Shown: piece after piece, positions 9,145-17,801 of the stretch
Layout: every line of letters begins with the position of its first letter
How positions within the stretch are numbered: position 1 is the stretch's first letter
Source of the DNA: Saccharofermentanales bacterium
Lineage (GTDB): Bacteria > Bacillota > Clostridia > Saccharofermentanales > DTU023
Length of the DNA stretch: 64,000 bases
Assembly (NCBI GenBank): GCA_050945515.1
Contig: JBMNTB010000008.1
Span: forward strand, 1,665-65,664
Direction of reading: 5' to 3'
Made by a program: the position numbers and the translations under genes
Notes under the pieces: model-generated
The model's input: the letters and a program-made list of their open reading frames with translations, nothing else
Told to the model about the DNA's origin: nothing
Databases searched by the model: none

Positions 9145-10173
9145 ATGAAAAGCAAGAAGATCATAAGCCTATTGTTAGCAGTCCTTCTCCTGATGTCGCT
9201 TGCGGCGTGCGGAAGCAAGGACGGCAGCAAGGACACAGGTGTAGCTGAGCCGGATGAAGGGTCAAAGGAGCCGATAAAAATTGGTATCATGCAGTTTGGA
9301 GAATTTGACGCCCTTCTGAACGCAAGCGAAGGCTTTAAAGCAGGGCTTGCGGAAGCAGGCTTTATCGAAGGCGAGAACGTGGTATTCAACTATCTCTCCG
9401 CTGCAGCGGATACCTCAAACTGCCCGACCATAGCGGACAGCCTCATCAACGACGGCAGTGACCTCATCTTCGCAATTGCAACCCCGAGCGTGCTCTGCCT
9501 GAAGGAAAAGACCACTACTATTCCCGTCATATTCTCCGCGGTCACCGATCCCGTGCAGTCCGGCCTCATTGCGGATTACGATGCCCCCGGCGGGAACATC
9601 TCGGGCGCCTCGGATATGAATCCCGTTAAAGAGCAAATAGACTTCCTTCTCGAGTTGCTCCCGGAAACGAAGACCATAGCCGTATTCTACTCCTCAAGCG
9701 AGTCCAACTCTCGCATCCAGTACGAAATGGCGAAGAGTCACATCGAAGGAAAAGGCCTCACCTGCGTACAGAAAACCATATCAGCGGTCGATGAAGCCAA
9801 GTCCGCCATCGAGTCCCTTAAGGGTCAGGTTGACGCCATCTACATTCCGACCGACAATACAGTGTCGGATGCGATGCAGATAGTTTCCACGGCGGCCCAT
9901 GATTGCGGAATCCCGACTTTCGGCGCAGAGCCTGCAATGGTTGCAAACGGAGCCTTTGCAAGCTATGGTGTGAACTACTTCGAGCTCGGTAAGCAGAGCG
10001 CCGCCATGGCGGTAAAGGTGTTGCAGTCGGGCGATCCTCTCGCTGAAGTTGCCAAGATGCCCGTAGTATACCAAACCGAAAACCTTACGACAGCCATCAA
10101 TGCCACCGCCGCGGAAAAGCTCGGCATAGAAATTTCTCAAGAGATACTCGATTCGGCTGAAGTAATCAAGTAG
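9145..10173 (+). CDS. ABC transporter substrate-binding lipoprotein (ABC_sub_bind/TrpX-like; probably aromatic amino acid, Tyr)
   Basis: Lipobox LAAC. AIATP, AVTDPV, GGNISGASD and PTDNT motifs are typical of the family. GGAGG RBS. Confidence 0.85.
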   Translation: MKSKKIISLLLAVLLLMSLAACGSKDGSKDTGVAEPDEGSKEPIKIGIMQFGEFDALLNASEGFKAGLAEAGFIEGENVVFNYLSAAADTSNCPTIADSLINDGSDLIFAIATPSVLCLKEKTTTIPVIFSAVTDPVQSGLIADYDAPGGNISGASDMNPVKEQIDFLLELLPETKTIAVFYSSSESNSRIQYEMAKSHIEGKGLTCVQKTISAVDEAKSAIESLKGQVDAIYIPTDNTVSDAMQIVSTAAHDCGIPTFGAEPAMVANGAFASYGVNYFELGKQSAAMAVKVLQSGDPLAEVAKMPVVYQTENLTTAINATAAEKLGIEISQEILDSAEVIK

Positions 10174-10191
10174 TCAAGGAGTTATATTTGC

Positions 10192-11124
10192 ATGTCATTA
10201 GCTACCATACAAAGCGGCGTTGCACAGGGCGTAATGTGGGCGGTCCTCACCCTGGGGATCTACCTTACGTTCCGTACTCTCGAGATTGCCGACCTCACCG
10301 TAGAGGGAACCTTTCCCCTCGGTGCGGCTGTCACGGTTGTGCTCATCAATGCCGGAGTCCATCCGATCGTCGCAGCCACTGCGGCCTTCATCTCCGGCAT
10401 GTGCGCAGGTCTTGTAAGCGGGGTACTCATCACCGCATTCAAGATCCCCCCCATACTTTCGGGGATACTGACCCAGATAGCCCTCTATTCCGTAAATATA
10501 CGGATAATGAGTGACAGAGCAACGGTCTCGATAGTCGGGACTTCATTCAAGAATATTATTACGACTTTGTTCCCCGACGGTACTGCGCCGAACACCGTAT
10601 CCATCTGCGTAGGCTTTGCCATATCCGCGCTGCTGGTCGCCATACTCTATATGTTCTTCGGCACCGAGATCGGTTGCGCGATAAGGGCTACCGGAAATAA
10701 TCGCCATATGGCGCGGGCTCTTGGTATAAACACCGACTGGACCACAATCCTCTGTCTCATGATTTCAAACGGGCTGGTCGCTCTTTCCGGCAACCTCATC
10801 GCCCAGTTCGATTACGGCTCGGCGCTCGTGAACATGGGACAGGGAACGATCGTCATCGGTCTCGCCTCGATAATAATCGGGGAGGTGCTCTTCCTGAGGA
10901 AGGAGCACAACTTCGCCTACATACTGTCCGCGATTGTCCTGGGCTCGGTGATATACAGGACCATAATAGCTGCCGCGCTCACGATTCCCTGGATGAAGGC
11001 GACGGACCTCAAGCTTATCACGGCAGTCATCGTCGCCATTGCGCTTGCCCTCCCGGTCCTCAAGGGGAAGGCCGCCTTTTTCAGGAAAGCCGGAAACGGG
11101 AATAAGGAGGCACAAGATGCTTAA
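10192..11124 (+). CDS. ABC transporter permease
   Basis: Multi-TM; ADLTVEGTFPLGAA, IRATGNN and GLASIIIGE motifs. TTG start after AAGGAG. Confidence 0.88.
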   Translation: MSLATIQSGVAQGVMWAVLTLGIYLTFRTLEIADLTVEGTFPLGAAVTVVLINAGVHPIVAATAAFISGMCAGLVSGVLITAFKIPPILSGILTQIALYSVNIRIMSDRATVSIVGTSFKNIITTLFPDGTAPNTVSICVGFAISALLVAILYMFFGTEIGCAIRATGNNRHMARALGINTDWTTILCLMISNGLVALSGNLIAQFDYGSALVNMGQGTIVIGLASIIIGEVLFLRKEHNFAYILSAIVLGSVIYRTIIAAALTIPWMKATDLKLITAVIVAIALALPVLKGKAAFFRKAGNGNKEAQDA

Positions 11125-11911
11125 GATTGAGAATCTTAGAAAGACCTTCGATCCCGGCACGGTGAACGAGAAGACGCTATTCACGGATTTAAACCTTGAG
11201 GTAGCTGAGGGTGAATTCGTGACCGTAATAGGCTCGAACGGAGCAGGAAAATCGACGATGCTGAGCCTTGTTGCAGGCTCGATGATGCCGGACTCGGGGC
11301 GCATAAGCCTCGGCGTCAGGGATATAACCTATATGCCGGAGTTCAAGCGTGCCGCTTTCATAGGACGGGTCTTTCAGGATCCCATGATGGGTACGGCGGC
11401 GAAGATGTGGATAGAGGAGAACCTCGCCCTCGCCTACCGGCGCGCCAAGCCCAAGACGCTAAAATGGGGTCTCCCGCAGTCTGACGAGGAGATGTATAAG
11501 GAACAGCTAGCAAGCCTCGGTCTCGGGCTCGAGGATCGGCTCAAGACAAAGGTTGGCCTGCTTTCAGGTGGACAGAGACAGGCGCTAACTCTTCTCATGG
11601 CTACCATACGCCGCCCTGAGCTCCTCCTCCTCGACGAGCACACGGCAGCGCTTGACCCGAAGACCGCTCAGACCGTTCTTCAACTGAGCGACAAGATAGT
11701 ACGGGAAAACAAGCTCACGACCCTGATGGTTACCCACAACATGAGAAATGCCATCGAGTATGGAAACCGCCTCGTCATGATGCACGAGGGGGGCATAATC
11801 CTCGATATCTCAGGTGAGGAGAAAAAGGCTCTCACGGTTGAGGCGTTACTCCAGAAGTTCGAGCAGGCGTCCGGCTCCTCCGATGTATCGGATGCCGCAA
11901 TCCTCAGCTAA
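11117..11911 (+). CDS. ABC transporter ATP-binding protein
   Basis: Walker A GSNGAGKS, signature LSGGQRQ, Walker B LLLLDEH. ATG 11117 follows AAGGAGG. Confidence 0.92.
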   Translation: MLKIENLRKTFDPGTVNEKTLFTDLNLEVAEGEFVTVIGSNGAGKSTMLSLVAGSMMPDSGRISLGVRDITYMPEFKRAAFIGRVFQDPMMGTAAKMWIEENLALAYRRAKPKTLKWGLPQSDEEMYKEQLASLGLGLEDRLKTKVGLLSGGQRQALTLLMATIRRPELLLLDEHTAALDPKTAQTVLQLSDKIVRENKLTTLMVTHNMRNAIEYGNRLVMMHEGGIILDISGEEKKALTVEALLQKFEQASGSSDVSDAAILS

Positions 11912-11935
11912 AATTCAAAAGCCGGTGTAAACACT

Positions 11936-11971
11936 AAAAAGTGCGCTCTGGAATAAACAGGGCGCATTTTT
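11936..11971 (+). terminator. Intrinsic terminator of the ABC operon
   Basis: AAAAAGTGCGCTCTG / CAGGGCGCATTTTT hairpin directly after the stop codon. Confidence 0.75.
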
Positions 11972-12253
11972 ATGGGATCACTACATATTATCTTACTTAA
12001 TTTAATTAAATACCGAGCGACTAGATTACTGAAATTGTTTTATGAAACCGGAACGGTTTCCGAAATGAACACAGACCGTATCCCGGCACAGTTAGTCAGC
12101 TTCATCAGCATGAATGTGTCGAGTTAGGGTAGTGTATTTATATTATAGAATAGTTTTTGTACAGCATAACCGATGTAAGCACTGTTTCGTAATTAATATT
12201 ACAGAAACGTACTTGACCTGATAGTAAATTGTTAAATAAAAGGAGAATTAACA

Positions 12254-13774
12254 ATGGCTTATTCACCAAAATTATCATCTGCATTTAATGATACGTATCT
12301 TAGAAGCAATCATATTTCACCACAATCCGGTATGTGTTCATTTTGCACCGAAGAATGTGAGGGAACATGTGAAATTGCTTTAGCATCTGTTTTAGGACAG
12401 CAGACTGTTTACCCAACAAATACTGGAAATAATCAAGTTGCTTCAGAGAAGAATTATCCAATTGATTTTTCGCACTTTAATATTAATGGACGTGTGTTTG
12501 GAGCTGTTGGAGCCAACCCTAACTATGAAGATGCCAACATATATCATGTAAAATTGGAAAGAGAATATGGAAAATTTAATCCCGTAAAATTATCGATGCC
12601 TATCATTTTACCTGCTCTTATTAAGTTGAATTGGAAAGATTATTTTGGCGGAGCAGCTATGGCAGGGGTAACATGTGTGATTGGAGAGGAAGCCAGAGAC
12701 AAGGATCCTGATCTACAGATTGAAAATGGCAAGGTTGTTGAGTTTCCAGCTTTAAAGAGTATGCTTGATTCTTTCCGTAAATATTATCGCGGATATGGAC
12801 AGATTGTATTGCAGTGCAATGTTGAGGATGATATGTTGGGTATTCCTGAATATGCAATAAAAGAGCATAATTTAGAAGCTTTAGAATTTAAATTTGGTCA
12901 AAGCGCAAAAGGCACACAACCGGTTCACAAATTAAAAGACAGGGAGGAAGCACTCAAAAAGCGGGAAATTGGAATATTAGTATTCCCGGATCCTATGGAT
13001 CCTGAGATTATTAGAAAAGCTGAAAAAGAAATTTGCCCTAATTTTTATTCATATAGCAGGTTGCCATTATGGGATGAGGAGTATTTAATCCCAAGAATTG
13101 AGGGATTAAGAAAAATGGGAGTAAAAAATATCTATCTAAAAATGGCCGGCTATGATAGAGAGGATTTAGAGAGAGTAATCAGGATTGGAAGCGAAGCGCA
13201 AGTAGACATGATTACCTTTGATGGTGCAGGCGGAGGAAGCGGATATAGTCCATGCAAGATGATGAATGAGTGGAGCCTGCCTACGATACTCCTGGAAGAA
13301 TCTGTTTGTAAAATAGTTGAAAAGTTAAAAGCTGAAGGCCGATATATCCCGGCTGTAACAATTACCGGTGGATTTAGTTCTGAAGACCAAGTGTTTAAGG
13401 CACTTGCATTTGGAAATCAGAATGTAACATCCATAGGATTATGCCGTGCTTCTATGACAGCCGCGATGACTGGTAAGAATATTGGAGAAAGAATAAAAAA
13501 AGGTGATGTTCCTAAGAATCTGAAGACATATGGAACTACTGTAAATGAAATATATTATGATCTTGCTGATTTGAGATCAATATATGACAAAAAAGCAGAT
13601 GAGTTTTCTTTAGGTGCTGTTGGAGTATTTTCGTATTTAAATAAAATTGCCTTTGGATTAAAACACTTCGCAGCATTAAATCGTAAATTTGATGTTTCAT
13701 ATCTAAATAGGAGTGATTTGATACCTTTAACTCATGATGCAAAAGACCTTATTAAAGGAAGATGGTTTGAATAG
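12254..13774 (+). CDS. FMN-binding glutamate synthase family protein (stand-alone)
   Basis: N-terminal CxxCxxxCxxxC cluster; EFKFGQSAKG and TFDGAGGGSG are typical of the GltS FMN domain. AAGGAG RBS. AT-rich. Confidence 0.8.
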   Translation: MAYSPKLSSAFNDTYLRSNHISPQSGMCSFCTEECEGTCEIALASVLGQQTVYPTNTGNNQVASEKNYPIDFSHFNINGRVFGAVGANPNYEDANIYHVKLEREYGKFNPVKLSMPIILPALIKLNWKDYFGGAAMAGVTCVIGEEARDKDPDLQIENGKVVEFPALKSMLDSFRKYYRGYGQIVLQCNVEDDMLGIPEYAIKEHNLEALEFKFGQSAKGTQPVHKLKDREEALKKREIGILVFPDPMDPEIIRKAEKEICPNFYSYSRLPLWDEEYLIPRIEGLRKMGVKNIYLKMAGYDREDLERVIRIGSEAQVDMITFDGAGGGSGYSPCKMMNEWSLPTILLEESVCKIVEKLKAEGRYIPAVTITGGFSSEDQVFKALAFGNQNVTSIGLCRASMTAAMTGKNIGERIKKGDVPKNLKTYGTTVNEIYYDLADLRSIYDKKADEFSLGAVGVFSYLNKIAFGLKHFAALNRKFDVSYLNRSDLIPLTHDAKDLIKGRWFE

Positions 13775-13893
13775 ATTTTACAATTAAGAATCTTACCTAG
13801 AGATAAAAGGCTGAAGTCTACAGAGATTTCTTCACACATCCAACTCGATCTTATAAAGCATCCCTGCTGTTCCTTATGTATCACCGCCGACCG

Positions 13894-14427
13894 TCAGAGG
13901 CGGATCACTGTTACCTCATCGACCCGGGCGGCACACAGACACATGCTGTACCCCGGCGGGGCGGACAGCGGTCGAAGCTGTGCACCCTGCGGAAGAGGGG
14001 CCGTGATATCGAAAGTATCAAGGCCGGACAGGATCCCCTCGCCGGTATATTTGACAAAGCTCTCCTTGGCCGTCCAAATCTCGAAGAATGCGGGCAACGC
14101 ATATTCCACTGCCGCCAGTGTGCTGTCCTCCCGCGGGTGAAAAAATCGCCGGGAGAGCCTGGACACGTCACAGGATATCTGCTGCTGGATGTCCAACCCC
14201 ACAGGAGACGCACCCAGTGCACACGCCCAAAAGGCACCGCTGTGCGAAATTGAGAAATGCACATCGGGCGCTTGTCGGAAAAAGGGCCGGCCACTCTCCT
14301 CCTCTTCCCTTTGCCAGCCCGCCGTCTCTCGCCCCGTGTAACGCGCCGCCGCGTCCAGCAGACGAAGGTGGCGTGGCAGGATATAGGTCTCCGGATATAG
14401 ATACACCGTGAAGTTTGCCCCGCTCAA
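13894..14427 (-). CDS. Sfp-type 4'-phosphopantetheinyl transferase
   Basis: HFSISHSG, VGLDIQ and WTAKESFVK motifs. Last gene of the NRPS operon. Confidence 0.9.
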   Translation of the reverse strand: MSGANFTVYLYPETYILPRHLRLLDAAARYTGRETAGWQREEEESGRPFFRQAPDVHFSISHSGAFWACALGASPVGLDIQQQISCDVSRLSRRFFHPREDSTLAAVEYALPAFFEIWTAKESFVKYTGEGILSGLDTFDITAPLPQGAQLRPLSAPPGYSMCLCAARVDEVTVIRL

Positions 14428-14429
14428 GG

Positions 14430-14654
14430 CTACTCCAGTCCTCGCTCCTGTATATAGGCAATGACATCTCTCACATGTCGCAGATTCCAGATATCCCGCG
14501 CGGGGATCTTGGTGTTGTAGTGTGCCTCAAATGCAGCGACGATGTTTACAATATCGAATGAATTCAATTCAAGGTCTTTGACAAAATCCGTATCCGGGGT
14601 CACGTCCCTCTTGCCGGTCACGTCAAATATAATGTCTTGGATCAGCTTCAGCAT
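14430..14654 (-). CDS. Acyl carrier protein
   Basis: 74 aa; DLELNSFDIV carries the phosphopantetheine Ser. AAGGAG RBS. Confidence 0.85.
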   Translation of the reverse strand: MLKLIQDIIFDVTGKRDVTPDTDFVKDLELNSFDIVNIVAAFEAHYNTKIPARDIWNLRHVRDVIAYIQERGLE

Positions 14655-14664
14655 AGTTTCTCCT

Positions 14665-16341
14665 TCACTTCACGGCCAGGTCGTTCCGGTTCTCTGCCGC
14701 ATACCGTTTTATTTTCATGGATGAGGTCTTTGTAAATTCCCGCTCCCGCAGGTTGACCACCTGCAGCTGCTGATAGGCTGGCAGCGTCGAGTTGAGGCGG
14801 TCAATCTCATGCTGCAGCGCTCCCAAAACTTCGTAGTCCTCCATATGCTCAGTCAGTTTAGCATCCGGATATATACTGACAGCCGGCTGGACGTCATCCG
14901 CATCCCCACCGGACACAATGCCGTATACCAGTGCATCCTTGACCATGGGAATGGTCAGCACCATCTCTTCCAGCTTCTCCGGCGAGATCTTTTTCCCGTT
15001 TTTCAAAACAATCAGATTTTTAGTCCGGCCGGTAATGAACAGGTGTCCGCGGGCATTTCTTGCCCCCAGGTCGCCGGTGCGGAACCAGCCGTCCTGCAAA
15101 ACGGCTGCCGTGGCCTCCGGATCCTTGTAGTAGCCGCCCATGACGCTAGGCCCCCGCACCAGGATCTCTCCGTCCACCAGCTTCATCTCGTATCCCGGCA
15201 GCAGCACCCCCACCGACTCCAGATCCCAGGACAGATTCCGATTGACCGAAATTAGTGGCGAGCACTCAGTAATGCCGTACCCTTGAAGCACCAGCACACC
15301 CAATGCTTCTAGCTGGCGGGAGATATCAGTATTCATATGGGCACCGCCACAGACAATCAGGCGTATGTGACCAAAGTATTGGTCCCGAATCTGCTTACGT
15401 TCCCTCTGACCAACCGTGAGCCTGAACCGCCGAAACATAAAGAATCGTTTGAGCAACCGATTAACCTTTTCTTCGCACCCAGCGCGCCTAATCTGTGCCC
15501 AGACTGTGTTATAAAGGGCTTCAACCATCAGAGGTACCGCAATCACAGTCTCGGATTCTGACAGCGTCAGGTCGCGCAGCATGGTGGCTAGACTGCCATT
15601 GATGGTCAGTCGCGCGCCCTTGAGCAGAGAACAGATTACACCGCAATTGAGCCCGTAGGCGTGAAAGAACGGGAGCCCCACGAAAATCGACTGCCCTAAG
15701 TCCACAGTGGCTACAGCGGCACCCGCGTTTTGCAGCAGATTTCTGTGCGTCAGCACCACTCCCTTTGGATCCGCGGTTGTCCCGGAAGTGAATATGAGTA
15801 CAGCAGGCTGCTCTGGCATCAGCGCCGGCGTCTCTGTCTCCTTTATCTCTATACCCTCGCGGTATAACGCGCCAAACGTGCCGCCCACTGAGGTGTCGCT
15901 TTCCGGGGCAGTAAGGGAAAATATACACTGTATATCAGCATTCTGCCCCAGCATAGGCATACAGATCGGCAGTAGGCTGGGGGAGGCAAAGACCACTTGC
16001 GCATCTGCCTGCTTGATCATACTGCGAATGGTATTATCATTTTGTTCAATGTCCACACAGATAGCCACACCACCGCTTGACACGACGGCAAAGAAAAGCA
16101 CGATCCACTCATAGCTGTTCTCCCCGACGATGGCCACTCGTTTCGCGGCCAGAGAGTGGGCGTTTAGCGCGCGCCTTAGTACCGCCACATCGTCACAGAG
16201 TGTTCGATAGGAATGACTCCGCATCTGCCCGTTTTCATCCGCATAGCAGATGGCCGGGCGGTCTCCGAATGCGGAGATCCCCTGTAAAAAGTCTGTAAAA
16301 GTGTCGTAGTATACAGTTGGATTCCAACGGTGGGTTTTCAT
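14665..16341 (-). CDS. Long-chain acyl-CoA/acyl-ACP ligase (AMP-binding)
   Basis: FTSGTTADPKG, QGYGITE, FRTGDLG and GRTKNLIVL motifs. ATGA overlap with the upstream response regulator. Confidence 0.88.
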   Translation of the reverse strand: MKTHRWNPTVYYDTFTDFLQGISAFGDRPAICYADENGQMRSHSYRTLCDDVAVLRRALNAHSLAAKRVAIVGENSYEWIVLFFAVVSSGGVAICVDIEQNDNTIRSMIKQADAQVVFASPSLLPICMPMLGQNADIQCIFSLTAPESDTSVGGTFGALYREGIEIKETETPALMPEQPAVLIFTSGTTADPKGVVLTHRNLLQNAGAAVATVDLGQSIFVGLPFFHAYGLNCGVICSLLKGARLTINGSLATMLRDLTLSESETVIAVPLMVEALYNTVWAQIRRAGCEEKVNRLLKRFFMFRRFRLTVGQRERKQIRDQYFGHIRLIVCGGAHMNTDISRQLEALGVLVLQGYGITECSPLISVNRNLSWDLESVGVLLPGYEMKLVDGEILVRGPSVMGGYYKDPEATAAVLQDGWFRTGDLGARNARGHLFITGRTKNLIVLKNGKKISPEKLEEMVLTIPMVKDALVYGIVSGGDADDVQPAVSIYPDAKLTEHMEDYEVLGALQHEIDRLNSTLPAYQQLQVVNLREREFTKTSSMKIKRYAAENRNDLAVK

Positions 16342-17801
16342 AGTTTAAAGATCCTTTCCGCAAATAACTCTGTTCGCTCGGTCAACGCGATCTCCTCTTT
16401 TGGCAATTTCGGGATCAGCGTGAGGAAGACGTCGACCATAGCACCGTCAAATTGGATATCCTTGTTATCCCTTAACTGTTTGGCGGCCTCTTCAAAGGTC
16501 ATCTTAGACCTGTAGCGGCGGGTAGACGTCATGGCGTCAAATGCATCGGCAATGGAAATGATCCGCGACTCCTCCGGGATTTCCTCTCCGATCAGGCCAT
16601 CGGGGTAGCCACCGCCGCCATATCGCTCATGGTGGCTCCGCACAATGGGCACAATCTCACGAAAATGTGTAATCGCCGACAAAATGGAGCAGCCATACTG
16701 CGGATGCTTACGAATGACGTCGAGTTCCTCATTGGTCAGTCGACGCTCAGCCAGTAGGATTTCATCAGGCACCGCCATTTTCCCTATGTCATGTAACAGG
16801 CCAGCCAGCTGCACTCGCTCACAGAATCGCTCTTCCTTCCCCAGCGCAACTGCTAATTGGATAGCGTAATAGGCAACGCGGTCGGAATGACCGCGGGTGT
16901 AAATGTCCTTCGCGTCGACCATGAGACGCAGCGCCTGGATTACCTCGAGGTAACCCGTCTTGACTCGTGTCATCAGAGCGTTGTTTTCCAGCGCCGACGC
17001 GCACTGACGGGAAAAGATCTCGAAGAGTCGCTCCTGATAAAACCCCGGCTTATTCTGCGTTTCCAGAGCGAGAACGCCAACGGCATTGCCGTCGGTATCC
17101 TGGAGCAGCGTCCGCATGCATAGCTTTTTCTCTTCCATGTCCTCAATCTGCCCCAGTAACTGCTGCGGCGTCGTGCCGTCTAGTGCTTCAAATTTCTTTC
17201 CGAAGGCGTAACGCAAAAGCTTCCGCGGTGCCGCCTCCGACCAAGCCGCCAAAAAACCACTTGTACAGGTCCAAAGTCGTTTGGCAATCTTCAGGATAGG
17301 CGGCGCTTCCAAAGCATCGACCGTACGGAAGCTGTAGATCTCAGGTAGCGCGTTTGCCAACTCGGCCAGGCTTTTCTGATAAGCTTTGATAGTACGCATG
17401 TGATCAATGGATTTGATGCACGATTCCACCAGAAGCTCCAGCTGGTCAAAGCGGTCACTCTTTTCATAATAGCCCTGAATGTCCAGAGCGCGTATGGTGC
17501 GGATAGGTGGAACCATACTCTTATGCCCGGTAAGAAGAATTATGAACAGATCCTGATTAAAGGTGCGTATCTGCTCTACCACTTGATCTCCGCAGATAGG
17601 CGTCATCAGGAAGTCCAGAAGTAGAATGTCATAGTTGCCGACCCGTATACGTTCGATGGCAGCATAGGGATCGTTTTCAATATCAACACGATAGCCGAGC
17701 GGTTGAAAATAAGACTGAATGGTCTCGGTCATGATAGGGTCATCGTCCAACGTCAAAATCGAGTATTTATTTTCATCTGCCCTATATCGTTTTTTTCTCA
17801 T
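16338..17801 (-). CDS. Response regulator: REC + GAF-like + HD-GYP cyclic-dinucleotide phosphodiesterase (RpfG-like)
   Basis: REC motifs LDDD, LLDFLM and LTG. HD-GYP motifs HSDRV, LHDIGK, HHERYGGGGYP and ADAFDAM. ATG 17801 overlaps the kinase stop. Confidence 0.9.
   Translation of the reverse strand: MRKKRYRADENKYSILTLDDDPIMTETIQSYFQPLGYRVDIENDPYAAIERIRVGNYDILLLDFLMTPICGDQVVEQIRTFNQDLFIILLTGHKSMVPPIRTIRALDIQGYYEKSDRFDQLELLVESCIKSIDHMRTIKAYQKSLAELANALPEIYSFRTVDALEAPPILKIAKRLWTCTSGFLAAWSEAAPRKLLRYAFGKKFEALDGTTPQQLLGQIEDMEEKKLCMRTLLQDTDGNAVGVLALETQNKPGFYQERLFEIFSRQCASALENNALMTRVKTGYLEVIQALRLMVDAKDIYTRGHSDRVAYYAIQLAVALGKEERFCERVQLAGLLHDIGKMAVPDEILLAERRLTNEELDVIRKHPQYGCSILSAITHFREIVPIVRSHHERYGGGGYPDGLIGEEIPEESRIISIADAFDAMTSTRRYRSKMTFEEAAKQLRDNKDIQFDGAMVDVFLTLIPKLPKEEIALTERTELFAERIFKL

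Noticed and set aside
12182-12210. GlnR/TnrA-like box upstream of the glutamate-synthase-like gene
   Set aside because: CGTAA-N6-TTACA has the wrong spacing and a mismatch, in an AT-rich background.
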